From positions 1,169 to 65,168 of the forward strand of contig JBELBJ010000006.1 in the NCBI GenBank assembly GCA_042095375.1: DNA of 64,000 nt, given 5' to 3'. This DNA is from Marinoscillum sp. (GTDB lineage Bacteria; Bacteroidota; Bacteroidia; Cytophagales; MED-G16). The notes beneath the pieces are model-generated. The model was not told where the DNA came from, ran no database searches, and saw nothing but the letters and a program-made list of their open reading frames with translations. Made by a program: the position numbers and the translations under genes. Positions 9,291-19,713 of the stretch are shown here, in pieces (positions within the stretch are counted from its first letter, which is position 1; every line of letters starts with the position of its first letter).

Positions 9291-10355
9291 TTACTTTTTT
9301 TTATTTCTATCAATTCTATCCAAAGCTATTTTCATAGCAGAAGCATTTGTTGATATATTATTTTTAGTAGAAAGTTTGAGAACATCTTCAACTTTTGAAT
9401 AAATATTTTCAGTCATAGAAAATACTTTTTCTTTACTTAAATCTTGAATTTGTTCATGATAAACACTAATTATTCCTCCTGAATTAATCAGGAAATCTGG
9501 AACATATACAATATTTCTTTCTTTTAATTCAATGTCATGGGTTTTATCATTTTCTAGTTGATTATTTGCTGCTCCTGCTATAATCTTACATTTTAACTTT
9601 TTTATTGATTTTGAATTTAAAATCCCTCCTAAAGCACAAGGAGAAAATATATCTAAATCAATAGAATAAATTTCACTGTTTTTAAAAGTCTTAACTTCAT
9701 GTTTTTTAGTTACATTTTTTAAAATTTCAAAATTAATGTCGCTTACATAAATATTTGCTTTTTCTTTAACTAAATATTCAATTAGTTTGATTCCTACTTT
9801 TCCTATACCCTGCAAAGCAATTTTTTTTCCTTCTAAAGAATCATTCCCATATACAAACTTAGTGGCTGCTTTCATTCCTAAATAAACACCATATGCAGTT
9901 GGATGAGAAGAATCTCCCAAACCACCTTTTTCCTCTGGCATGCCTACAACAAAAGGAGTAACATCTTTCATCCAAATCATATCCTGAGAGGAAATATTTA
10001 CATCTTGTGCAGTCCAATATTTCCCATTTAAATCATTTATAAAAGAAGCATATTTTTGAATGAAATTTTTATTTTTTAATTTCAAATCTCCTATAATTAC
10101 TGCTTTACCTCCACCAGCATCAAGTCCAGCAAGAGAGGATTTTAATGTCATTGCTTTTGAAAGTCTCAAAACATCTTTTAACCCCTCCTCTTCTGAGGAA
10201 TAGTTCCACATTCTTGTACCTCCAATAGATGGTCCCAAGGTAGTATCATGAACTCCAATAATAGCTTTCAAGCCTAATTTGTTATCGGAACAATAAACAA
10301 TTTGCTCATGATCTTGTTTAAAAATCTTTTCAGATAAACTAGAATTATTTTGCAT
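9291..10355 (-). CDS. Leu/Phe/Val (Glu/Leu/Phe/Val family) amino-acid dehydrogenase
   Basis: 354 aa. It has the GGTRMW motif, the catalytic-lysine motif LAGLDAGGGKAVI, and an NAD-binding G.GKVG. Confidence 0.85.
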   Translation of the reverse strand: MQNNSSLSEKIFKQDHEQIVYCSDNKLGLKAIIGVHDTTLGPSIGGTRMWNYSSEEEGLKDVLRLSKAMTLKSSLAGLDAGGGKAVIIGDLKLKNKNFIQKYASFINDLNGKYWTAQDVNISSQDMIWMKDVTPFVVGMPEEKGGLGDSSHPTAYGVYLGMKAATKFVYGNDSLEGKKIALQGIGKVGIKLIEYLVKEKANIYVSDINFEILKNVTKKHEVKTFKNSEIYSIDLDIFSPCALGGILNSKSIKKLKCKIIAGAANNQLENDKTHDIELKERNIVYVPDFLINSGGIISVYHEQIQDLSKEKVFSMTENIYSKVEDVLKLSTKNNISTNASAMKIALDRIDRNKKK

Positions 10356-10419
10356 CCTTTTAACAAAAATATTTATTTATAAATAAATTTCTCTCATATC
10401 CAAATCATATTATATTACA

Positions 10420-12240
10420 TTGAAATTAAAATTATATAATTTGAATCATCTATCATATTTAGATAAATATTTAATTAAATACAAAGGTTATTATATTCTA
10501 GGTATAATATTCATAAGTTTTGCAACTTTTTTTGCTATTGTTCCAGCAATAGTAATAAGAGAATCCTTTGATTTATTAGAAAATAGCTATGATACATATC
10601 AACTCTTTTTAGGTTTTAATCTTCAAGACAATTCTTATCAGCTTCTTAAAAACAATATTTTTATTGCCGTTTTAATAATAATTTTTGCTGCATGCATACG
10701 AGGTTTATTTTTATATTTAATGCGTCAAACCATTATTGTTGCATCAAGAAATATTGAGTACGATTTAAAAAATGAAATTTATTTTCATTATCAATCATTG
10801 CCAATGGAGTTTTATAAAAAAAATAATACAGGAGATTTAATTAACAGAATCTCAGAAGATGTAAGTAGAGTGAGAATGTATTTAGGTCCAGCACTTATGT
10901 ATGGAATAAACGTTAGTATATTATTCCTCTTTATAATACCTTTCATGTTTTACATAAACTTTGAACTATCAATTTATTCTCTTATTCCATTACCTTTTTT
11001 GGCTTACAGCATATATTACATTCAAAATATAATAAATTCTAAATCTGAAGAAATTCAAAAATCTCTTTCTAATTTATCAACATTTGTTCAGGAATCATTT
11101 TCAGGAATAAGAATAATTAAATCATTTGGAAGAGAATCTGATTTTTCTCAAAGATTTGACAAACAAAGTAAAAAATATAAGGACAAAGCTTTAGGCCTTC
11201 AGTTTGTTCTATCATTATTTTTTCCAATAATTATGACTCTTATTGGATTGAGTATTATTATAACAGTATATAAAGGTTCCGTTGAGGTGTTTGAAGGAAA
11301 TATTTCTATTGGAAATATTGCCGAATTTTTAATATACGTTGCATTATTAACCTGGCCAGTAATATCTTTGGGGTGGATCACAAGTATTATTCAAAGAGCA
11401 GCTGCATCACAAAAAAGAATTAATGAGTTTCTAAATCAAACTAACAATATTATAAGCAATAAAAATAAATCAATTGATATTCAAGGAAAAGTAGAGTTTC
11501 AGAATGTTTGTTATCAATACAAAGAATCAGGAATTAAAGCTTTAAGCAAAATAAATTTTAAAATAAAGCCAGGAGAGTCTTTAGGTATTATTGGGTCTAC
11601 TGGATCTGGGAAAAGCACTATAAGTAATTTAATTCCGAGATTAATGGATCCTCAATCTGGAAAGATAAAAATTGATGATATTAATATTGAAGATATAAAT
11701 ATTAAAACCCTAAGAAGTCAAATAGGATATGTTCCTCAAGATGTTTTTTTGTTTTCTGATACCATTCAAAATAATATTAGTTTTGGATCGGAAAAAGAAA
11801 AATTTGATCTAGTTTTTGAAGCAGCAAAAAATGCTGATTTAATCGAAAATATTAATAAATTCTCAAAAAAATTTCAAACTAAAATCGGAGAAAGAGGAGT
11901 GACATTATCCGGCGGACAAAAACAAAGAATTTCTATAGCAAGGGCAATAATTAAAAATCCTAAAATATTAATATTTGATGATTGTTTGTCAGCTGTTGAT
12001 ACTAAAACTGAAAAATCAATACTTAACAGTTTAAAGAAAATAATGAAAAATAAAACATCAATTATAATTTCTCATCGAATATCTTCATTAGTTCTCGCAA
12101 AAAAAATTATTGTTTTAGAAGATGGAAAAATTATAGAATCGGGTGATCATAATTCTTTACTTAAACTAAAAGGGAATTATTATAAAATATTTAAAAAACA
12201 AAATGAAGAAGAAGAAAAAAATGGATTAAAAAATAATTAA
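10420..12240 (+). CDS. ABC exporter, fused permease/ATPase (MsbA-like)
   Basis: Six-TM N-terminal half, Walker A GSTGSGKST, signature LSGGQKQR and Walker B ILIFDD. TTG start in the track; another TTG lies at 10441. Confidence 0.9.
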   Translation: MKLKLYNLNHLSYLDKYLIKYKGYYILGIIFISFATFFAIVPAIVIRESFDLLENSYDTYQLFLGFNLQDNSYQLLKNNIFIAVLIIIFAACIRGLFLYLMRQTIIVASRNIEYDLKNEIYFHYQSLPMEFYKKNNTGDLINRISEDVSRVRMYLGPALMYGINVSILFLFIIPFMFYINFELSIYSLIPLPFLAYSIYYIQNIINSKSEEIQKSLSNLSTFVQESFSGIRIIKSFGRESDFSQRFDKQSKKYKDKALGLQFVLSLFFPIIMTLIGLSIIITVYKGSVEVFEGNISIGNIAEFLIYVALLTWPVISLGWITSIIQRAAASQKRINEFLNQTNNIISNKNKSIDIQGKVEFQNVCYQYKESGIKALSKINFKIKPGESLGIIGSTGSGKSTISNLIPRLMDPQSGKIKIDDINIEDINIKTLRSQIGYVPQDVFLFSDTIQNNISFGSEKEKFDLVFEAAKNADLIENINKFSKKFQTKIGERGVTLSGGQKQRISIARAIIKNPKILIFDDCLSAVDTKTEKSILNSLKKIMKNKTSIIISHRISSLVLAKKIIVLEDGKIIESGDHNSLLKLKGNYYKIFKKQNEEEEKNGLKNN

Positions 12241-12244
12241 TCTC

Positions 12245-13072
12245 ATGATACAATTTATAGTAAGAAAATATCAGCATTCCATTAATTTATATTACTCAAA
12301 AATCAAAAAAAAAGTAGAAGGAAAAAATCCTGATTTTATAATTCTTGGCACTCAAAAAGGAGGCACTACTTCTTTGTATAATTATCTTAGTAATCATTCT
12401 AATATATGTGTTGGATCACGAAGAGAAATTCATTTTTTTGATAGAAATTATGAAAAAGGAATAAATTGGTATAAAGATAATTTTAATAATAGAAATAAAG
12501 ATTTATTAACTTTTGAGTGTAGTCCCGATTATATCCATCATCCTTTTGTTGCTGAAAGAATAAAGGTAATATCACCAAAATCAAAACTTATAGTTCTATT
12601 GCGAAATCCTGTTGAAAGGGCTATTTCTAACTATAAACATAATATTTATTTAGGAAAGTATAAACCTAATACTACTATAGAAGAGGTAATAGAAAAAGAA
12701 ATGAAATTCATTAATTATGAAAAAGAAAAAATGTTAAACAATAAAAATTATTATAGTAGGAAATTCAAATATTTTTCAATTCTAGATAGAGGTATATATC
12801 ACAAGCAGTTAAAAATATATTTTGATTATTTTGATAAAAAACAAATTCATGTTTTATTTTCTGAAAAATTATTTTCACATGCGAGGAAAGAGCTAAATAA
12901 AGTTTTTGAATTTTTGAATCTTAGTTCAGAGCCAGTTCCTTGTTCAACTATTTATAATAAAAGTAAAATTGACATTAAAATCAAACAAAAAACAAAAGAA
13001 ACTATTGAAGAATTTTTTCTTAAGCATAACGAAAAACTTTATAAAATGATAAATACAAAATTTAGATGGTAA
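12245..13072 (+). CDS. PAPS-dependent sulfotransferase family protein
   Basis: 5'-PSB-like motif ILGTQKGGTTSL and 3'-PB-like motif LLRNPVERAISNY. The start is 4 nt after the ABC gene stop. The 3' end overlaps the convergent ABC gene by 11 nt. Confidence 0.75.
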   Translation: MIQFIVRKYQHSINLYYSKIKKKVEGKNPDFIILGTQKGGTTSLYNYLSNHSNICVGSRREIHFFDRNYEKGINWYKDNFNNRNKDLLTFECSPDYIHHPFVAERIKVISPKSKLIVLLRNPVERAISNYKHNIYLGKYKPNTTIEEVIEKEMKFINYEKEKMLNNKNYYSRKFKYFSILDRGIYHKQLKIYFDYFDKKQIHVLFSEKLFSHARKELNKVFEFLNLSSEPVPCSTIYNKSKIDIKIKQKTKETIEEFFLKHNEKLYKMINTKFRW

Positions 13073-14828
13073 CCTCGCTAAATTGCATTTTATAAAGTTT
13101 AGAATATTGTTTATTATTTCTTTTTAATTCATCATGTTTTCCTGACTCTACAATTTCTCCATTTTCCAATACCAAAATATTATCAGCTTGTTTTATTGTA
13201 GATAAACGATGAGCAATAACAATAGAAGTTCTGTTTTTTAAAATTTTTGATATTGCATTTTGAATAGTTTCCTCAGTTCCACTATCTACTGATGAAGTTG
13301 CTTCATCTAGAAGAATTATTTTAGGATCAAAAAGAAGGATTCGGATACATGATAATAATTGACGTTGACCAACAGATAATGTTGCCCCCCTCTCCATAAC
13401 ATTGTAATTTAATTTTCCAGGAAGTTTTTGAATAAACTTTTCAGCTTTTAAATAATGTATTACTTCCCAAATTTTCTTATCGGATATCGTTTTATTGCCA
13501 AGAGTTAAATTATTTCTTACAGTGTCTGAAAATAAAAAAACATCTTGAGGAACATAGCCTATAACTTTACGAAGTTGATCTAAGTTATAATCTCTTAATT
13601 TATTTTCATCTAAATAAATTTCGCCTTTATTAAATTCATAAAACCTATTTATCAAATTTATTATGGATGTTTTTCCCGATCCAGTGCTTCCAACTATTGC
13701 AAGTACATTTCCTGGATTTATTTTAAAATTTATATTTTTTAAAACATAATTTTTTTCATTATAAGCAAACCATAAATTTTTAAATTCTAATTTTCCTGAT
13801 ATATTATTTTCAATTTTGAACTTATCATTATTTACTATCATCTCTTTGGTATCTAAAAGTTTAAAAATCCTAATAGAACTTACAACACCCATCTGCAATA
13901 CATTAAATCTATCTGCAATCATTCTAATTGGTCTAAAAAACATTTGTAAATACATTATAAATGCAATCAATATTCCTAAAGATATTTCATCTTCTAATAT
14001 CTGATAAGAGCCATACCAAATCAATAACCCCATTCCTAGAGCAGTAAAAAACTCCATTGCAGGAAAATACAAAGAATAATATAAAACAGCTTTTAAATTA
14101 GATTCTAAATGGTTTCTATTGATTTTTTTAAATGACTCATATTCTTTAGACTCTCTAGCAAATATTTGTATAACATTCATTCCTACAATACGTTCTTGAA
14201 CAAATGAATTTAAATTTGCTACAGCTTCTCTTACATTATTAAATGAAACTTTAACCTTTTCCTTAAAAATATAAGTTACCAATAATAATAAAGGAAACGT
14301 TGATAGAGTTACTAAAGTTAACTTCCAATTAATCAAAAACATTATGATTAATATTCCAATTAGCTGTAACAAATCACCAATAATTGAAGCAAGACCTTGG
14401 CCAAAAACTTCAGATATTGTTTCAATGTCAGAAATATTTCTAGTTATAATTTTTCCAATAGGAGTATTATCAAAAAATTTCAATCTGAGTTTTTGTATAT
14501 GAGAATATAACTTAATCCTTAAGTCTCTAACAATATTCTGACCAATCCAACCTGATAAATAGGTGTGATAATATTGAATAATACCTTGAAATATCAATAA
14601 AACAAGAAGGATCATAATCATATTGAGCATACCATTATAATCATTAAATGCAACATGATTATCTATCGTCAATTGAACAAGATAAGGTCTTATAGGACTT
14701 AATATAGATAAAGAAATTGTAAAAAAAACTAATAAGTAGAACTGCTTTATATATGGTTTACAATATATGAAAAGTCTTTTTAAAACTTTATAATCAATAA
14801 CATTTCCACTAACAGATTGTTTATCCAT
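13062..14828 (-). CDS. ABC exporter, fused permease/ATPase (MsbA-like)
   Basis: Walker A GSTGSGKTS, signature LSVGQRQL and Walker B IILLDEATS, with a six-TM N-terminal half. Confidence 0.9.
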   Translation of the reverse strand: MDKQSVSGNVIDYKVLKRLFIYCKPYIKQFYLLVFFTISLSILSPIRPYLVQLTIDNHVAFNDYNGMLNMIMILLVLLIFQGIIQYYHTYLSGWIGQNIVRDLRIKLYSHIQKLRLKFFDNTPIGKIITRNISDIETISEVFGQGLASIIGDLLQLIGILIIMFLINWKLTLVTLSTFPLLLLVTYIFKEKVKVSFNNVREAVANLNSFVQERIVGMNVIQIFARESKEYESFKKINRNHLESNLKAVLYYSLYFPAMEFFTALGMGLLIWYGSYQILEDEISLGILIAFIMYLQMFFRPIRMIADRFNVLQMGVVSSIRIFKLLDTKEMIVNNDKFKIENNISGKLEFKNLWFAYNEKNYVLKNINFKINPGNVLAIVGSTGSGKTSIINLINRFYEFNKGEIYLDENKLRDYNLDQLRKVIGYVPQDVFLFSDTVRNNLTLGNKTISDKKIWEVIHYLKAEKFIQKLPGKLNYNVMERGATLSVGQRQLLSCIRILLFDPKIILLDEATSSVDSGTEETIQNAISKILKNRTSIVIAHRLSTIKQADNILVLENGEIVESGKHDELKRNNKQYSKLYKMQFSEVTI

Positions 14829-14834
14829 TTTTGT

Positions 14835-15575
14835 TTACAATTTGATTGGATATAAAATTTGCTTTAAATATAACCCCCCAGGGAAAACAGAATATCCAGC
14901 ATTTTTTCTATCGTTATCTAAAATAATTTTTTTAAAATCTGACAAATTAATTTTTTTCTCATTTAATATTAACATTGTACCAACAATTGATCTTACCATG
15001 CCTCTAAGAAACCTATCTGAAGAAATTTCAAAAAAAAATGTATCATTTTCACCCTTTTTCCATTTTGCACTCACCAAATTACATATATAATTTTTTACAT
15101 CGGATTTTGACTTACAAAAACTTTTAAAATTTTTATTTGAAATAATTATTTTACAAGCTTTATTCAATATTGATAAGTTAATTTTATTTTTATAACGATA
15201 AGATAAACCATACAAAAAAGGGGTTTTTTTTAGATGAATTTTATAGATATAACTTCTTTCTATTGCATCAAATCTAGCATGAAAATCATCTTTAACTTTA
15301 ATTAGTTTATTTACGGAAATATCATTAGGTAAAATTGAATTTATTTTATAAAGAAAATCATTATTATCTAATGATTTGTTGAAATCAAAATGGGCAGCTT
15401 GATTCAAAGCATGGACCCCAGTATCTGTCCTTCCAGCACCAACAGTTTTAATATCTTCTTTTAAAATTTTAGATAGTGAATTATTTAAAATATATTGTAT
15501 TGAAAGAGCATTATCCTGAACCTGCCAGCCATGGTAATCCGTTCCCAAGTAAGAAATGTATATAACGTATCTCAT
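14835..15575 (-). CDS. truA: tRNA pseudouridine(38-40) synthase TruA
   Basis: YLGTDYHGWQ and the catalytic-Asp motif GAGRTDTGVHA. Confidence 0.9.
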   Translation of the reverse strand: MRYVIYISYLGTDYHGWQVQDNALSIQYILNNSLSKILKEDIKTVGAGRTDTGVHALNQAAHFDFNKSLDNNDFLYKINSILPNDISVNKLIKVKDDFHARFDAIERSYIYKIHLKKTPFLYGLSYRYKNKINLSILNKACKIIISNKNFKSFCKSKSDVKNYICNLVSAKWKKGENDTFFFEISSDRFLRGMVRSIVGTMLILNEKKINLSDFKKIILDNDRKNAGYSVFPGGLYLKQILYPIKL

Positions 15576-15638
15576 GAAATAAATTTAGGATTGTAAATTG
15601 CCATTAATTAATTTTGAATAAGAATAATTGTAATATAC

Positions 15639-16145
15639 ATGATACAAAGAATACAATCAATATTTTTATTATTAGTAACAATAAGTTTATTTTCAACCTA
15701 TTTTTTCCCATTATCAGAAAAAATTGTTTATAAAAAAGAAAACAACATAACTACTATTAAAGAAAAAGAAACTTTATACATTTACGAACTGGTTTATCAG
15801 CAATATATTTCTGAAGAAAATCCTTCTGCAGTTTTATATCCTCGCCCCTATATTTTAATTTTAATTTTTATAGCAGGCAGTTTATCTTTCTATTCTATTT
15901 TTCAATATAGAAATAGAATAAATCAAATAAAAATTGGAGCCATTAATTCAATAATAATGTCAATTACTATTTCAATAATTTTATACGAATTATTCTATAA
16001 TGAAGTAATGATTAAAAATACATTTGATATTAATATCTTAATATCATTTTATTTAATTTTTACTGCTTTAATATTTAATTCTATTGCAAATAGATTTATT
16101 AAAAAAGATGAACTATTGGTTAATGAATCGGATAGAATAAGATAA
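15639..16145 (+). CDS. DUF4293 family membrane protein
   Basis: MIQRIQSIFLLL N-terminus and multiple TM segments, typical of this Bacteroidota family. A TAATTTTG box lies at 15609-15616. Confidence 0.6.
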   Translation: MIQRIQSIFLLLVTISLFSTYFFPLSEKIVYKKENNITTIKEKETLYIYELVYQQYISEENPSAVLYPRPYILILIFIAGSLSFYSIFQYRNRINQIKIGAINSIIMSITISIILYELFYNEVMIKNTFDINILISFYLIFTALIFNSIANRFIKKDELLVNESDRIR

Positions 16146-16220
16146 AGTATTTTAATGACACACTGTCATAATTTTAAAAATTGGAACAATTTTTGGAGTA
16201 GAACTAGTAAATAAATAATT

Positions 16221-18116
16221 ATGAAAGAAAAAGGAAAAATATCAATTAATACAGAAAACATTTTCCCAATAATAAAAAAATTCCTCTATTCTGATCAAGA
16301 CATTTTTTTAAGGGAACTTATTTCTAATGCAGTAGATGCAACTCAAAAACTAAAAAGATTGTCATCACTAGGAGAATATAAAGACGAGATCAAAGATGAA
16401 ACGATAAATATTATATTAGATAAAAAGAAAAAAACTATAACAATATCTGATAATGGTATTGGAATGAGCGGTAATGAAATTAATAAATATATAAATCAGA
16501 TTGCATTCTCGGGGGCAACTGAATTCTTAGAAAAGTATAAAAACAAAGGAGATGAAAATCAAATAATTGGTCACTTTGGTTTAGGTTTTTATTCAGCATT
16601 TATGGTCGCAAGCAAAGTAGAAATTAATTCTAAATCTTATTTGAAAAATAAAAAGGGAGCTCACTGGAGCTGTGATGGAAATACGGAATACGAAATAAAA
16701 GATGGTTCAAAAAAGAATACTGGAACTGATGTTGTTTTACATGTAAATAAAGATTCGAAAGACTTTTTAGAGGAAAATAAAATTCAAGGAATACTTGATA
16801 AGTATTGTAAATTTTTACCAGTAAAAATTAAGTTTGGTGAAAAAGACGAATCTGTTGAGGATGGAAAGGATAAGGATGGTAATCCAAAATATAAAACAAT
16901 AAAAGTTGATAATACAATTAATAATACTAATCCAATATGGGTTAAAAAACCTAATAAATTAAAAAAAGAAGATTACCTGTCTTTCTATAAAGAACTATAC
17001 CCTTTTTCAGAAGATCCTTTATTTTGGATACATCTAAATGTAGACTTTCCATTTAATTTAACTGGAATTTTATTTTTTCCAAGAGTAAAAAATGATTTTG
17101 AACTTCAAAAAAATAAAATTCAACTTTATTCTAAACAAGTCTTTATAACGGATGAAGTCAAAGACGTAGTTCCAGAGTTTTTAATGTTATTACATGGTGT
17201 TATTGACTCACCAGATATTCCATTAAATGTGTCCAGAAGTTATCTGCAATCCGATTCTAATGTGAAGAAGATTAATACATATATAACAAAAAAAGTTGCA
17301 GATAAGCTACATGAATTATTTAAAGAAGATAAAAAAGAATATGAATCAAAATGGAATGACATAGGAATTTTTGTTAAGTATGGAATGATCTCTGAAGAAA
17401 AGTTTTACGATAAAGCAATTGAATTTTCATTATTTGAAAGTCTAAATGGAAAATTTAGGACAATTCCCGAATATCAAAAGTTTATAAAGAAAAATCAAAC
17501 CGATAAAAATAAAAATACTATTATTCTATATACCTCTGATAAAGCTAGTCAAGATGTTTATATAGAAAATGCAGAGAAAAAAAATTACGATGTTGTAATT
17601 CTAGATGGAGTAATTGATAGTCATTTTATTAATCATTTAGAGCAAAAATTAGAAAAGGTTCAACTTAAAAGAATTGACTCTGATGTTATTGATAAATTAA
17701 TAGATAAAGATGAAAAAAAGGAGTCTGTTATTACTGAAAAAGAATCGAAAACTATAAAAGAGTTATTTGAAAAAATTATTGATGATAAAAATACAAATGT
17801 TACTATTGAAGCATTAAATGTTGATGATTTTCCAGTAATTGTAACTCATCCCGAGTTTATTCGAAGAATGAAAGATATGGCTAAATCAGGAGGTGGTGCT
17901 AATCCTTTCATGATGGGAGGAGCACCTGATATGGTTAGTGTATCTATAAATGGAAATCATAAACTTATTCAACAAATAATTAAAGCAAAAAGTAATAAGA
18001 CTAAAGAAAAAATAGCATCACAAGCTTATGATTTATCTTTATTATCTCAAAATATGCTTTCCGGATCTAAAATGACAGACTTTATCAGAAGAAGCATAGA
18101 TATTATCTCAAAATAA
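16221..18116 (+). CDS. htpG: Molecular chaperone HtpG (Hsp90)
   Basis: 631 aa. It has the GHKL ATPase motifs (FLRELISNAVDA, DNGIGM, GHFGLGFYSAF) and an Hsp90 middle/C-terminal pattern. Confidence 0.95.
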   Translation: MKEKGKISINTENIFPIIKKFLYSDQDIFLRELISNAVDATQKLKRLSSLGEYKDEIKDETINIILDKKKKTITISDNGIGMSGNEINKYINQIAFSGATEFLEKYKNKGDENQIIGHFGLGFYSAFMVASKVEINSKSYLKNKKGAHWSCDGNTEYEIKDGSKKNTGTDVVLHVNKDSKDFLEENKIQGILDKYCKFLPVKIKFGEKDESVEDGKDKDGNPKYKTIKVDNTINNTNPIWVKKPNKLKKEDYLSFYKELYPFSEDPLFWIHLNVDFPFNLTGILFFPRVKNDFELQKNKIQLYSKQVFITDEVKDVVPEFLMLLHGVIDSPDIPLNVSRSYLQSDSNVKKINTYITKKVADKLHELFKEDKKEYESKWNDIGIFVKYGMISEEKFYDKAIEFSLFESLNGKFRTIPEYQKFIKKNQTDKNKNTIILYTSDKASQDVYIENAEKKNYDVVILDGVIDSHFINHLEQKLEKVQLKRIDSDVIDKLIDKDEKKESVITEKESKTIKELFEKIIDDKNTNVTIEALNVDDFPVIVTHPEFIRRMKDMAKSGGGANPFMMGGAPDMVSVSINGNHKLIQQIIKAKSNKTKEKIASQAYDLSLLSQNMLSGSKMTDFIRRSIDIISK

Positions 18117-18158
18117 AAATTAATATTTGATTAATATTTATAATATTTTTACGTTAGA

Positions 18159-18995
18159 ATGTTTACTATGCAAACAAAAGTATTTTTTATATTTTTTTTT
18201 ATTTTAATTACAACAGTTGGTAGGGGACAAAATATCAACTCAAATATTTTTAAAATAGATACAGATTCTATTTCATCAAGAAACTTACTTGCAACATTTA
18301 AAAGGGACAGCTTAAATGATGTTCCAAAAAAACAAAAAAAAAATTTTTACTTTGGTAAAAAAACTAAAAAAGGATTTACTAAATCAGATAATGGTCAAAG
18401 AATTTTATATGAAAATTTTCATTATGTAAAAGATATTCAAAGTATTGATTCTTATGTTAGAGACGTATATTGGTTCAGTAAAAAGAAAAAAAAAATAATT
18501 AAAACCAAAAAGATTACAAAAGATAACTTTTTATTACATGGACCCTACGTAAAAAAAATTGGAGATAACGTAATAGAGAAAGGTTCATTCATTAATGGAT
18601 TAAAGCATGGAAGATGGGTCAGTCTTAGCAAATCAAATATTTTACAAGATAAAGAAGAGTATTTTTTGGGATGGCCAAAGTATTCTAAAAAATCATTTTG
18701 GGATTATTCAAAAAAAAAATTGAAAGAAATAATCCCTATTCAATATGGTGAAAAAGATGGTTATTATTATGCCTTTCATAAAAATGGAAATTTAGCTGTA
18801 AAAGGAGAATATCTTTTTGATGAAAAAATTAAAATTTGGTCTGAATATTTTTCTGATAAAGGAAAAAAGAAAAGAGAAATAAGTTTTCCCAAAGAACCGT
18901 TTGAAGAAAATTATCTTCCTGTTATCACAAAAGAATGGAACATAAATGGTAAATTGATTTATAATCGTCAAAGTTTTCTAAAAAGGATAAATTAG
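18159..18995 (+). CDS. MORN-repeat-variant (YwqK-like) secreted protein
   Basis: Signal peptide plus repeated G.Y..Y..NG....G.Y...K.G.W units (GLKHGRWVSL, EKDGYYYAFHKNGNLAVKGEY). Confidence 0.5.
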   Translation: MFTMQTKVFFIFFFILITTVGRGQNINSNIFKIDTDSISSRNLLATFKRDSLNDVPKKQKKNFYFGKKTKKGFTKSDNGQRILYENFHYVKDIQSIDSYVRDVYWFSKKKKKIIKTKKITKDNFLLHGPYVKKIGDNVIEKGSFINGLKHGRWVSLSKSNILQDKEEYFLGWPKYSKKSFWDYSKKKLKEIIPIQYGEKDGYYYAFHKNGNLAVKGEYLFDEKIKIWSEYFSDKGKKKREISFPKEPFEENYLPVITKEWNINGKLIYNRQSFLKRIN

Positions 18996-18996
18996 T

Positions 18997-19710
18997 TTGA
19001 ATACAATTTTAAATAAGAAAGTTAAACATGTTCAATTAGGTCATATTGAATATAAAAAAGCATTGGAAATACAGGAGGAAATTTTTCAAAAAACAATTAA
19101 GAAAAAAATTGAAAATAGAAAAAATGAAACTAACATTTTGACAGAAAATTATGTTATTTCATGTTCACATCCTCATGTTTATACAATTGGAAAAAGTGGC
19201 GATGAAAAAAATTTACTTTTAGATAAAGAGGTTATTAAAAAAAAAAAATTAGAGTTTTTTAAAATAAGCAGAGGAGGAGATATAACTTATCATGGGCCGG
19301 GTCAAATTGTAGTCTATCCTATCATAGATTTGGAAAATTTTTTTACAGATATTCATTTGTATCTTAGAAAACTTGAAGAAGCAGTTATTAAAACATTAAA
19401 ATCTTTTAAAATTAAATCCGGAAGAATAAAAGATCATACGGGAGTATGGGTAAATCACAAAAGTGAAAAAGCAAAAAAAATTTGTGCTATGGGGGTAAAA
19501 AGTAGCCGATGGGTTACAATGCATGGATTAGCACTAAACGTTAAAACAGATCTAAATTATTTCAATAACATAATACCCTGCGGCATAAATGATAAGACTG
19601 TTACATCAATTGAAAATGAACTTAATACTAGTTTGAGTTTAAAAAAAGTAGAAAATGAAATAATTAAAAATCTTTTCAAGGTTTTTAAATTTGATTCTTA
19701 TATAAATTAA
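18997..19710 (+). CDS. lipB: Octanoyltransferase LipB
   Basis: RGGDITYHGPGQIVVYPI and KICAMGV motifs. TTG start, with no in-frame ATG nearby. Confidence 0.85.
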   Translation: MNTILNKKVKHVQLGHIEYKKALEIQEEIFQKTIKKKIENRKNETNILTENYVISCSHPHVYTIGKSGDEKNLLLDKEVIKKKKLEFFKISRGGDITYHGPGQIVVYPIIDLENFFTDIHLYLRKLEEAVIKTLKSFKIKSGRIKDHTGVWVNHKSEKAKKICAMGVKSSRWVTMHGLALNVKTDLNYFNNIIPCGINDKTVTSIENELNTSLSLKKVENEIIKNLFKVFKFDSYIN

Positions 19711-19713
19711 GGT

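Noticed and set aside
18159-18995. YwqK-like MORN protein as an antitoxin or immunity gene
   Set aside because: It has a signal peptide and no adjacent toxin-like gene. Its neighbours are htpG and lipB. MORN-variant proteins are common stand-alone genes in Flavobacteriia.
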